From Spirochaetota bacterium (GTDB taxonomy: Bacteria > Spirochaetota > UBA4802 > JAFGJZ01): a DNA stretch of 59,648 nt. Positions 29,459-38,564 of the stretch are shown in pieces (the first letter of the stretch is position 1; every line of letters begins with the position of its first letter). The position numbers and the translations under genes were made by a program. Under the pieces are notes generated by a model. The model was given only the letters and a program-made list of their open reading frames with translations. It was not told the DNA's origin and did no database searches. The stretch lies in NCBI GenBank assembly GCA_016928815.1, contig JAFGJZ010000185.1:1-59648 (forward strand). The letters are read 5' to 3'.

Positions 29459-31121
29459 TTATACTGTCAATCCTTACGGAATAATCCCTGAATATCATTT
29501 CTCCAAGTTTCTGCTGTTCAAGCAGTATTTCAGAAAGAATATTATCATCAGTAAGGGGATTTATTGTTACTGCACGCAGACTGACTATCATCTGTCCGTG
29601 ATACTGAGTTGATTCAAGAACCGTTCTCGATACAAAACTATTGTCCTCATGCCGCAGATGGCGGTGAAGATCCTTATTAATGTCATTTAATGCTGTATTT
29701 ATTTCTATTATCTTTTCTGCATCATATCCGCGGGAATCACTGGACGCCGTTTCCATAATGAAATCCGAAATTTGTTCGGGAATAAACCGGTAGTTGATGA
29801 TAAATAATTCCGGAATATTAAGAAGCTCAAAACAGCTGCTGTTGATAATTGATTTCTGAAAAAATTTGGTAAGTTTAAAAGCATTCTCAAAAAGCAGCCT
29901 GAACCCTTCAGAACCGAAAACCTTCATTGCCACCCACGGCCGAAGTGCGGAAAAAGGACGTGAACCTTCAACCGTAAAACGGCCCAGATCGTATGAATCC
30001 TTTCTCAAAATGTAGGTCGAATTATGCTTGATGAAATCGGGATCCTTTTCATTCCGGAAAAGCACCATACCCATCGACAGCGGAAGATAAAGAAGTTTGT
30101 GCGAATCAAAAGTAACGGAATCAGCAAGTTCTATGCCCCGGAAAAGAGTACGGTACTGATCAACAAAAAGTACCGGACCTCCCCAGGCCGCATCAACGTG
30201 ATAATGTGCTCCACAGCTTTCAGCACATTTCCGGATTTCATAAAGATCATCAATATTTCCGGTTTCAGTTGATCCGGCAACAGCAACAATTGCAATAATT
30301 TTAATCCGTGCCCCGCCCGCTTTGTTATGTTCTTCAATTTTTGAAATTTCATGTTTCAGCAGATTTACATCCGCTTTATTATATTTATCAACCGGTATTT
30401 TTATTATATTGCGGGTTCCGACACCGAGAATTCCATTAATCTTATCAATTGAATAGTGACCTCTCCGGGATACAAAAACTACAGATCTTTCGACATTATA
30501 ATATTTATAGGCTTCGGCAATACCCTCTTCGGATATGCCTCTGAATGATCCGTCGGCAGGGAAAGCCTTATTACGTGCAATAAGCAGCGCGGTAAGATTT
30601 GCCAGCGTTCCGTCAAGTGTTACGCTGCCCAAAGAAACATTGCGGTTCTGTATTGAGGAGTTATAATATTCATCATTGAAATTATATATGAGACGGTGAA
30701 TCCAGCAGATTAGTTCCCTTTCTACAAATGTTGAAGCTTTTGCAGTTTCAATTTTGACCTGATTCTGGTTAAGAGCTGCTATAATCATTTCTACAAATAT
30801 CGAATAGTATGGAATGGCGCTTGTCATGTGTCCGATATAGTACGGGCTGCTGACTTTTACCGAATTACTGATTATTTTCTCTTCTATTTCACTGAAAATA
30901 TCCTTTAGCAGATGAGGTCCCCGGGGAATACTTATTTCCGAAAACATTTCTTCAAGACTTTTCAGACTGACGGAACTGTGAATGCCGCCTTTTTCCCGGA
31001 AATATGAATGCAGCATATTAAGAATCATCTGTCCGAATTCAATAAACCGGTCTTCACTTTCAGGGAAGATAAACAGCTTTCTCAAATGTTCAAAATCAGC
31101 ACGGATTTCTTTATACGGCAT
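29442..31121 (-). CDS. panP: PLP-dependent aspartate 1-decarboxylase (PanP-type, group II decarboxylase)
   Basis: YIGHMTSAIPY, ALNQNQVKIETAKA, HYSIDK, HVDAAWGG, TFDSHK (PLP Lys), EGSRP, FVSRT; close to panB. Confidence 0.8.
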   Translation of the reverse strand: MPYKEIRADFEHLRKLFIFPESEDRFIEFGQMILNMLHSYFREKGGIHSSVSLKSLEEMFSEISIPRGPHLLKDIFSEIEEKIISNSVKVSSPYYIGHMTSAIPYYSIFVEMIIAALNQNQVKIETAKASTFVERELICWIHRLIYNFNDEYYNSSIQNRNVSLGSVTLDGTLANLTALLIARNKAFPADGSFRGISEEGIAEAYKYYNVERSVVFVSRRGHYSIDKINGILGVGTRNIIKIPVDKYNKADVNLLKHEISKIEEHNKAGGARIKIIAIVAVAGSTETGNIDDLYEIRKCAESCGAHYHVDAAWGGPVLFVDQYRTLFRGIELADSVTFDSHKLLYLPLSMGMVLFRNEKDPDFIKHNSTYILRKDSYDLGRFTVEGSRPFSALRPWVAMKVFGSEGFRLLFENAFKLTKFFQKSIINSSCFELLNIPELFIINYRFIPEQISDFIMETASSDSRGYDAEKIIEINTALNDINKDLHRHLRHEDNSFVSRTVLESTQYHGQMIVSLRAVTINPLTDDNILSEILLEQQKLGEMIFRDYSVRIDSIIKKPR

Positions 31122-31244
31122 GAACCCTCCGATGGAAAATACATTGTAAATATACAGTTCAAAATTAAAAGTTTTTTTTTAAAGAATTTCAGAAAAGAAG
31201 TCGATATTAATGATGCAGGACAAACTTCAACAGGAGAATAAACC

Positions 31245-31550
31245 ATGGATCATATGAACAATGAATGGACTTTTCCGGAAAAAATATCCTTCACTGATGC
31301 ATATACATACTATTCAAAAATTGAATCTGACGGCTTTATTCCCCAAATTACTCTGGACTGTACGCAGACATCAGAAGTACATGCTTCGTTCATAGGGTTC
31401 CTGATTACATTTCATGAAAAAATACAAAGAGAAAAAGGAACCATGATGCTCAAGTGTTCCGAGTACCTTTCCAAAATGATTACCGAAATGAATCTTAATG
31501 AATATTTTTTTAATGAAAAAAATTATTCTTCATTCAGAAAAACAGCCTGA
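31245..31550 (+). CDS. Degenerate STAS-like domain protein
   Basis: ITLDCTQTSEVHASFIGFLI...MNLNEYF; AGGAG RBS. Confidence 0.7.
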   Translation: MDHMNNEWTFPEKISFTDAYTYYSKIESDGFIPQITLDCTQTSEVHASFIGFLITFHEKIQREKGTMMLKCSEYLSKMITEMNLNEYFFNEKNYSSFRKTA

Positions 31551-31553
31551 TGC

Positions 31554-32372
31554 TTACGGCTTCTTAATTTCCAGAATTCTGCTTATGTTAAAATAACGTT
31601 CCTCTTCACGCAGAAAACAATATCCGAAAATGATATTATTTTTACCGCGGCGGTAGATTTTTTCAACTCTGACCTTTCTTTCAGTTACATTATTGCTGTT
31701 ATCCCTGTATACAATCTCTATTTCATCTCCGCTTTGAATATGAAGCCCGTTTATTTCTCTTGATTTCAGTTCCGCAATTATGCCTGCCCTTTCAATTCCT
31801 CCCTGAAAATTTCTGAGTTTTAAAAAAGTCATTTTACGGCCTGGATCAATTTTTCTGATTATTTTTTTAAATATCTTCATGCATGCAACCGAATCATCCA
31901 GCGCCCGGTGAAAATTAACAATAACCCCAAGACTTTCCGCAACAGTCTGCAGTTTATGATTTCTTAATTCAGGATATGTTTTTTTTGACATGATTACCGT
32001 ATCAAAAGAAACGTATTTTCTGAAAGTCTTTTTTGATCGTGAAAATTCCATCTCAAGGAAAGCCAGATCAAAACGCGGATTCTGAATAACAAGAACACAG
32101 TCCGATAAAAACTCAAGTACGTCATCAGCAATTTCATGAAACACAGGCGCATCTTCCACGTCATTGTCGGAAATACCGTGAATCATAAATGCCGGTTCAC
32201 TGATAGGCATTTCAGGATTTACAAGTGAGCAGAATTTTTCAACAACCGGTGTATCAAGACGGAATTTTACGATTCCGATTTCGATAATACGGTCTGAGAA
32301 AGGACTGATGCCTGTTGTTTCCAGATCGAGAGAACAGAATGTAATGTCATAAAGAGAGGTTCCGGCTTCCAT
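31554..32372 (-). CDS. DEDDh 3'-5' exonuclease fused to a C-terminal WYL domain
   Basis: LDLETTG, NPRFD, HRALDD; tail EIVY......TERKV...FGYCFLREEERYFNISRI. Confidence 0.85.
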   Translation of the reverse strand: MEAGTSLYDITFCSLDLETTGISPFSDRIIEIGIVKFRLDTPVVEKFCSLVNPEMPISEPAFMIHGISDNDVEDAPVFHEIADDVLEFLSDCVLVIQNPRFDLAFLEMEFSRSKKTFRKYVSFDTVIMSKKTYPELRNHKLQTVAESLGVIVNFHRALDDSVACMKIFKKIIRKIDPGRKMTFLKLRNFQGGIERAGIIAELKSREINGLHIQSGDEIEIVYRDNSNNVTERKVRVEKIYRRGKNNIIFGYCFLREEERYFNISRILEIKKP

Positions 32373-32377
32373 CCGAA

Positions 32378-33289
32378 TTAAAATTCCCCGATCATTTTAA
32401 TTTCGGTATGCATGTCAACATTGAATTTTTCTTTAACGGTTTTCTGAATAAGTTCAATTAACCTTCTTATATCAGCAGCTTTCGCATTTCCGTCATTTAT
32501 GATAAAATTAGTATGAAGTTCAGAAACCATCGCATCTCCGATTCTGAAACCTTTAAGGCCGCTGTCGTTAACAAGTTTCCAGGACTGATGACCATCAGGA
32601 TTTTTAAAGACCGAGCCTGCACTTGGATACGTCCAGGGATGTTTGAATTTCCGGTCATTTATGATATCTTCGATTTTACTCCTGAGAAGGCCGGCATCCT
32701 CAGTACGTGGAAGCATGAAATAGCCGCCTGTAATTATTACTGCATCATCAAGATCCATGTGACGGTAATGAGCATCAGTAGAACTCATATCACGGACTTT
32801 AAGATTTCCTGATTTGTCTATATATCTGATTTTTTTCAGAATATCAATGTAGGTTCCCATGAATGTTCCCGCATTCATTGAAATTCCTCCGCCTATTGAT
32901 CCCGGAATTCCAACAGCAAATTCCACACCTCCGAAACCGTTATCCACTGCAAAATCAATGAAATCGGTTTTTTTAACAGAGGCATCACAATAAATGAATT
33001 CTCCCTGAATTTCAATTTTTCCTTTTATGCCCATATCTTCTGAAATTCGTATAACTGCTCCGCGGATACCCTTATCTCCTACGAGAAGATTCGAACCTGC
33101 ACCAATCACCGTGTAATTAATATTTTCCTTAACACAGTATTTAATGATTTCCGATGCTTCATCATATCCTGCCGGAGTTATTAAAAAATCAGCCGGACCT
33201 CCGCATTTAAAACTGGTATATTCATTCATTGGGGCCGAATAACGGAATATTCCGTATTTCTCAAGATATGCGTATTTTTTTTCTGACAT
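32378..33289 (-). CDS. murB: UDP-N-acetylenolpyruvoylglucosamine reductase
   Basis: TSFKCGGPAD, GAGSNLL, GIPGSIGG..MNAG, PSAGSVFKNP, HTNFIIN. Confidence 0.97.
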   Translation of the reverse strand: MSEKKYAYLEKYGIFRYSAPMNEYTSFKCGGPADFLITPAGYDEASEIIKYCVKENINYTVIGAGSNLLVGDKGIRGAVIRISEDMGIKGKIEIQGEFIYCDASVKKTDFIDFAVDNGFGGVEFAVGIPGSIGGGISMNAGTFMGTYIDILKKIRYIDKSGNLKVRDMSSTDAHYRHMDLDDAVIITGGYFMLPRTEDAGLLRSKIEDIINDRKFKHPWTYPSAGSVFKNPDGHQSWKLVNDSGLKGFRIGDAMVSELHTNFIINDGNAKAADIRRLIELIQKTVKEKFNVDMHTEIKMIGEF

Positions 33290-33441
33290 TTCTTTTCCAC
33301 TTTTTTAATTTATTCTTTTATCGGTTTTCAGACTTTTCCTGTCAATTTAAATATTATAGGCAGCCGAATGAATCAAAAGCAGAAAAATATTGCAATCTAC
33401 GGACATATTTCAAAAGAAGAATCATGCGGGGATTGCAGCAA

Positions 33442-33475
33442 TTGAACAAACCGCCTGTAAGAACGGTCTGTTCAA
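33442..33475 (-). terminator. Imperfect hairpin downstream of the FKBP gene
   Basis: TTGAACAAACCG-10 nt-CGGTCTGTTCAA (1 mismatch). Confidence 0.4.
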
Positions 33476-33498
33476 AGTAATTTGCAGGGACAGAAAAT

Positions 33499-34194
33499 CT
33501 ATTTGAGTATTTCCAGAAGTTCGATATCAAAGATAAGAACTGAATTTCCGGGAATTTTCGGTCTCGGTTTCGGACCATAGGCGAGTTCTGACGGAATGAA
33601 AACCTTATAGTTTGCACCCGGTTTCATAAGCTGAAGGATTTCCCCCCATCCTCTTATCACCTCATTTAAAGCAAAAATTACCGGTTCATTTCTGGCATAA
33701 GAACTGTCAAATTCAGTTCCGTCAAGCAGTACTCCACGGTAATTCACCTTTACTCTGTCTGCAGGTCCTGGAGATCTGCCGGCACCTTTTTTAATTATTT
33801 TATACTGAATTCCTGAGGATGTAGTCTGAATTCCTTTTTCAGACCTGTTTTTATCAAGAAAATCACGTCCGAGTTGTAAATTATCAGTAGCGGTCTGCTG
33901 TGCCTTCTGATTAACAAGCCGGCTGAAATCGCTGAACGCCGCAGCAATTTCAGCATCAGTCATATCGGATTTTCCGTTTAGTGCGTCTTCGATTCCTTTA
34001 ATCAGGGCGGTTCTGTCAATTTCAACATTTGTATCCTTAAGATTTTTGCCTACCTGAACCCCCACTGCATAACTGTAATCTGTCTGCTTCGGATCTCCTT
34101 CCTTTTTGTTAACATCATCCTTACTGCATGAGATAAAAACAAGCAGCACTACCGCTGCAGTCATTAATTTAATCAGCTTCACAATATTCTCCAA
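33499..34194 (-). CDS. fkpA: FkpA/Mip-type FKBP peptidyl-prolyl isomerase, probable lipoprotein
   Basis: Lipobox-like FISC; YSYAVG; VNYRG.L.DGTEFDSSY, VIRGW, IPSELAYG, LIFDIEL. Confidence 0.93.
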   Translation of the reverse strand: MENIVKLIKLMTAAVVLLVFISCSKDDVNKKEGDPKQTDYSYAVGVQVGKNLKDTNVEIDRTALIKGIEDALNGKSDMTDAEIAAAFSDFSRLVNQKAQQTATDNLQLGRDFLDKNRSEKGIQTTSSGIQYKIIKKGAGRSPGPADRVKVNYRGVLLDGTEFDSSYARNEPVIFALNEVIRGWGEILQLMKPGANYKVFIPSELAYGPKPRPKIPGNSVLIFDIELLEILK

Positions 34195-34262
34195 TTTTCA
34201 AATTAGAACAATTATTTATCCGGCCGGATAAAAATAAAGCATTTTTTAAAAATGAACCCAGT

Positions 34263-34520
34263 TCAGACTCCTCTGTCGCATTTTTCATTTGCATCAATAT
34301 CTGACCATCTGCTGCATGAAGGACTTGAGCAGCAAAGACCTTTAAAACATGTTCCGGAAAGTTCAGCTGCAAGTGAAGCATTATCAGACGCTATGGCAGG
34401 TTCCTCTCCTGAAAAGTTATCATTGGAATAAGTGAAATTTTCATCACTCGTTTTCGACGCATTCAGCATTCCCGATACATTTATCAGGACCAGCAGAACC
34501 GGTAATAAATTTTTTTTCAT
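34263..34520 (-). CDS. Small secreted Cys-rich protein
   Basis: Signal peptide, acidic linker, C-terminal CFKGLCCSSPSCSRWSDIDANEKCD; GAGG RBS. Confidence 0.7.
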   Translation of the reverse strand: MKKNLLPVLLVLINVSGMLNASKTSDENFTYSNDNFSGEEPAIASDNASLAAELSGTCFKGLCCSSPSCSRWSDIDANEKCDRGV

Positions 34521-34779
34521 TTTTTTTTCCTCTCAGTAATTTTTTAGTCATTGTCCATATCCATTTTCTGTGCATCATGACATGAGCAAATGACAACAGA
34601 GACATTACAAGCCCGCCCCAGTCATGCATAATTGTAAAATAACTCATCGGGAAATCCCTGTAGTTGAACCCGAATTTAAGAATTATCCCGGGCCATTTTA
34701 CAATACCCGTTATGAATGTAACCATAAATGCCAGAAGAATACCCATATCTATTGCATAGTTCAAAATACATTTTTTCAT
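34444..34779 (-). CDS. DUF4405 family small membrane protein (His-containing, cytochrome b-like)
   Basis: NYAID...ITGI, MHDWGG....AHVMMH.KW; AAGGAG RBS. Confidence 0.8.
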   Translation of the reverse strand: MKKCILNYAIDMGILLAFMVTFITGIVKWPGIILKFGFNYRDFPMSYFTIMHDWGGLVMSLLSFAHVMMHRKWIWTMTKKLLRGKKNEKKFITGSAGPDKCIGNAECVENE

Positions 34780-35102
34780 TTTTTCTCCTTTATTTTCATA
34801 TTCCTAAAAACAAACCCATGGATAAGACTGATGATAATTTAAATATTACCCGTAAATGTAACTTATTCGTTTAAAATTGTAACAGAATGTAACCGATGAA
34901 GACAAAAAACAGGATTTTAAAATAAAATTTTGCAAAAAAAGTTGCAGTATTTTATTGATGCTGATTCAATACACCTATATCAGGGAATTGTCCGGATTTA
35001 ACGGAAAATATCTTTATTCATAATTTGATATTATTTAAAATTAAAATCATATGAAATGACGATAATAATAAAAGGGGAAAACAGGATTTTTACAGGTCAG
35101 AT

Positions 35103-35615
35103 ATGCTTAAGAAAAAAAATGAGAAACATAAATCTACCGAATTTACCGATGGTACGGGCAGGAAATGGGTTCAGACTTCAGCCGAGGATCTGTTTTCAAG
35201 CGATGAAATAAACGACATCATTAAATCCATTGAGAAAGACACTTCCAGGGATGAAATAGTTCTCGCGCACATCGACTTTAAAAAAGTCAACCGCGAAGAC
35301 TATGAAGCACTCACGTCACTTCAGAAAGAACTTAAAAGAAAAGATGAAATATTAAAAAAACTGAGCACTGAAACCAGAACAATGATGGAGCGTAAAAACA
35401 GAAAACTGAACGAACTTATTGCGTACATAAAAAAAATGCACATGATTATTGCATTAAAGAAACTTGACAAAGAAACGCTTAATAAAATAAATATATCTCC
35501 TGAAGAAATATTAAAAATGCAGCCGGCCGATGAAGGTTCATTCTCGGTAAAAAAGATTGAAAATACTCCGACTGTTGAAATTGAACTGGATGAAAATGGA
35601 GATGAAATAGAATGA
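35103..35615 (+). CDS. Hypothetical coiled-coil protein coupled to cysS
   Basis: 170-aa ORF with an ATGA overlap with cysS. Confidence 0.75.
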   Translation: MLKKKNEKHKSTEFTDGTGRKWVQTSAEDLFSSDEINDIIKSIEKDTSRDEIVLAHIDFKKVNREDYEALTSLQKELKRKDEILKKLSTETRTMMERKNRKLNELIAYIKKMHMIIALKKLDKETLNKINISPEEILKMQPADEGSFSVKKIENTPTVEIELDENGDEIE

Positions 35616-37051
35616 GCACCCTGAAAATTTACAATACGCTGACAAAAACCATGGAAGAATTTATTCCCGGCGGTGTTAAAAAGAATAGAATTGAAGATTA
35701 TCCAGAAGTATCAATTTATTCCTGCGGGCCAACAGTATACAATTTCGCTCACATTGGAAATTTCAGAACATTTACGTTTAATGACATGCTTCGACGTTAT
35801 CTGAAATTCAGAGGATACAAAGTCAATCACACTCTCAACCTCACTGATGTTGATGATAAAACAATAAACGGCGCAAAAGCTGAAAACAAATCACTGAAGG
35901 AATATACAGACCGTTTCATCGAGTTTTTCAAGGAAGATCTTAAAACCCTTAATTTTGACGAATTTGAGCATTATCCGCGTGCAACAGAATCAATTCCTGA
36001 AATGGCGGATATAATTGACCGTCTTGAAAAAAACGGTTTTACCTACGAAAAAGACAATTCTATCTATTTCAGCATAGCAAAATGGGATCATTACGGACAG
36101 CTAAGCGAACTTGATAAGCGTGAAATACAAACCGGTACAAGATACGATACCGATGAATATGAAAAAGATGACATCAGGGATTTTGTACTATGGAAGGCCC
36201 CGAAAAGTGAAGATGAACCCCAGTGGGAAATAAACCAGGGAAGCGGACGTCCGGGATGGCATATTGAATGTTCAGCCATGATCAGGAAAATTTACGGCAC
36301 CACCATTGATATTCATACAGGAGGAGTTGATCTCATCTTTCCCCACCATGAAAATGAAATTGCCCAGAGTGAAGCTGCCTACGGCGAAAAATTCGTAAGG
36401 TACTGGATGCACGTCAAACACCTGTTTGTCGAAGGTGCAAAGATGTCAAAATCAAAAGGTACTTTTTACACTATCCGGGATCTTGTTGAAAAAGGTTATT
36501 CTCCGCGCTCTATAAGATACCTTTTATTTTCTGCTCACTACAGGAAACAGCTGAATTTCACACTGGCGGGACTGGATTCAATCAAACAGCCTCTGGCACG
36601 GATAGATAATTTTGTTGCAAGACTGAAGCTCACAGCCGAAGGATGCAGTTCAGATGATGAGATTGTATCCGCATCCGGGAAGTTCATCAGCTCGTTTATA
36701 GAAACCATGGATGACGATCTTAATATATCCGGTGCGCTTGGAAATCTGTTCGACTACATACATGAAATTAATTCAATTATTGACCAAACCGGAATTACTG
36801 AAAACGGCAGCAGGCTGGTTTATGACACATTAAAAAAGGCGGACTCTGTTTTCGGGTTTATTTTTTTCAATGACAGCAAAGATACAAATACAGATATTGA
36901 TGCTGAAAGAATAGAAAAAATGATTGCTGAAAGAAAAGAGGCTAAAGCGGCCAAAAATTTCGCTGCTGCCGATAGCATAAGAGATGCTCTTCTTTCGGAA
37001 GGAATAATTCTCGAAGACGGAAAAGACGGGACTACATGGAAGAGAAAATAA
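35612..37051 (+). CDS. cysS: Cysteine--tRNA ligase
   Basis: CGPTVY..AHIGN, TDVDDK, RPGWHIECSAM, DLIFPHHENE, KMSKS. Confidence 0.98.
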   Translation: MSTLKIYNTLTKTMEEFIPGGVKKNRIEDYPEVSIYSCGPTVYNFAHIGNFRTFTFNDMLRRYLKFRGYKVNHTLNLTDVDDKTINGAKAENKSLKEYTDRFIEFFKEDLKTLNFDEFEHYPRATESIPEMADIIDRLEKNGFTYEKDNSIYFSIAKWDHYGQLSELDKREIQTGTRYDTDEYEKDDIRDFVLWKAPKSEDEPQWEINQGSGRPGWHIECSAMIRKIYGTTIDIHTGGVDLIFPHHENEIAQSEAAYGEKFVRYWMHVKHLFVEGAKMSKSKGTFYTIRDLVEKGYSPRSIRYLLFSAHYRKQLNFTLAGLDSIKQPLARIDNFVARLKLTAEGCSSDDEIVSASGKFISSFIETMDDDLNISGALGNLFDYIHEINSIIDQTGITENGSRLVYDTLKKADSVFGFIFFNDSKDTNTDIDAERIEKMIAERKEAKAAKNFAAADSIRDALLSEGIILEDGKDGTTWKRK

Positions 37052-37767
37052 TATTCGGACGCAATCCCGTACTTGAATATCTTAAAGCCGATCCGCAGGA
37101 AATTCACTCGCTGTCAATTGCAGAAAACATCCACGGCAAAATAATTGATGATATCGGGTTTCTGGCTAAAAAAAACAATATCCGTATCATCAGAACAAGC
37201 CGGAAAGAAATGGATAAAATCACCGATGAACTCAATCATCAGGGTGTAATACTGCGGCTTAAAACATCTGCTAAAAAAACATCAGATTACCGTGATCTGA
37301 TTGAAGATGCTGTTTCAAAAAAAGGAGTAATCGTTTTTCTTGACCAGCTGACTGATCCGCAGAATATAGGTTCAATCATACGCAATGCCGAAGCCCTCGG
37401 AGCAATCGGCGTCGTAATGCCGAAAGCAAATACACCTGATATAAATTCAACTATAGTAAAAACATCCGCAGGCGCCACCGCATACATACCTATTGTCAAG
37501 GTTTCAAACGGCGCACAGTTTCTGGAAGAATGCAGGAAAAATTATATCTGGGTGATCGGTTCATCAGACAAGGCAACAACCGAGATAACCAGAATCCGTG
37601 AATACAGACCTGCAGTTCTTGTAATCGGCAATGAAGGAAGCGGAATGAGACGCTTAACTGGTGAAAAGTGCGACATTACGGTAAGAATAGAAATGCGGGG
37701 TAAAATATCATCCTTAAATGCTGCAGTAGCAAGCGGTATTCTTCTTCATGAAATATTAAAGGACTGA
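37036..37767 (+). CDS. rlmB: 23S rRNA G2251 2'-O-methyltransferase (SpoU family)
   Basis: GRNPV.E, HQGV, DPQNIGSIIR, GNEGSG, SLNAAVA. Confidence 0.93.
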   Translation: MEEKIIFGRNPVLEYLKADPQEIHSLSIAENIHGKIIDDIGFLAKKNNIRIIRTSRKEMDKITDELNHQGVILRLKTSAKKTSDYRDLIEDAVSKKGVIVFLDQLTDPQNIGSIIRNAEALGAIGVVMPKANTPDINSTIVKTSAGATAYIPIVKVSNGAQFLEECRKNYIWVIGSSDKATTEITRIREYRPAVLVIGNEGSGMRRLTGEKCDITVRIEMRGKISSLNAAVASGILLHEILKD

Positions 37768-37775
37768 AGGCAATA

Positions 37776-38564
37776 ATGAAATTCACTGAAAAATCATCTC
37801 TCTACAGACTTGCTGAACTTGCGGCGGAATTAAGATCCGAAAACGGATGTCCGTGGGATAAAAAACAGGATCATATGAGTCTGAGAAAATATGTCATTGA
37901 AGAAGCCTATGAAGTAATCGATGCCATTGAATCCGGTAAAGACCCGGACATAATTGAGGAACTCGGAGACCTGCTATACCAGATATTCGCCCATTCGCAG
38001 ATTGCAGCGGAGGACAACAGATTCACCGTTGATGATGTGGCTGACGCAATCATTGCAAAACTTATCCGCCGGCATCCTCATGTATTCGGAACCGATACGG
38101 CAGCAACACCGGAAGAAGTTCTCGATAAATGGGAAAGAATTAAAAAAGAGGAAAAGCGCAGTACAGAAAAAACTCTTCTTGAAAGCGTTCCGAACCACCT
38201 GCCTGCCCTGCTTAAGGCATTCCGTATCCAGGAAAAAACCTCACGTGTAGGTTTCGACTGGGAAAGTATTGACGGTCCGATTGAAAAAATAGAAGAGGAA
38301 CTTTCCGAGCTTAAGAACGCATGGAAGAAGAATGACAGGAATAATTTAAAAGAGGAACTCGGTGACATTCTTTTTTCAATTGTAAATGTTTCCAGATTTC
38401 TTGATATTGATCCCGAAGAAGCACTTCAGAGTTCAAACAGCAAGTTTATCAGACGTTTTACGGCAGTTGAAAAAACCGTTGATTCTAAAAACCTGAAATT
38501 TGAAGACCTCACTCTTGAAGAGCTTGATAAAATGTGGGATACCGCGAAAAAAGAATTAAAATAA
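37776..38564 (+). CDS. mazG: Nucleoside triphosphate pyrophosphohydrolase MazG
   Basis: GCPWD, EEAYE, EELGDLL, KLIRRHPHVF, second EELGD domain. Confidence 0.97.
   Translation: MKFTEKSSLYRLAELAAELRSENGCPWDKKQDHMSLRKYVIEEAYEVIDAIESGKDPDIIEELGDLLYQIFAHSQIAAEDNRFTVDDVADAIIAKLIRRHPHVFGTDTAATPEEVLDKWERIKKEEKRSTEKTLLESVPNHLPALLKAFRIQEKTSRVGFDWESIDGPIEKIEEELSELKNAWKKNDRNNLKEELGDILFSIVNVSRFLDIDPEEALQSSNSKFIRRFTAVEKTVDSKNLKFEDLTLEELDKMWDTAKKELK

Noticed and set aside
35036-35065. sigma28 promoter before the 35103 hypothetical gene (GACGATAA)
   Set aside because: No TAAA-like -35 box at 15-16 nt spacing.
37776-38564. MazG as an anti-phage defence gene
   Set aside because: It is the tandem-domain housekeeping type in the cysS-rlmB operon, with no defence genes nearby.
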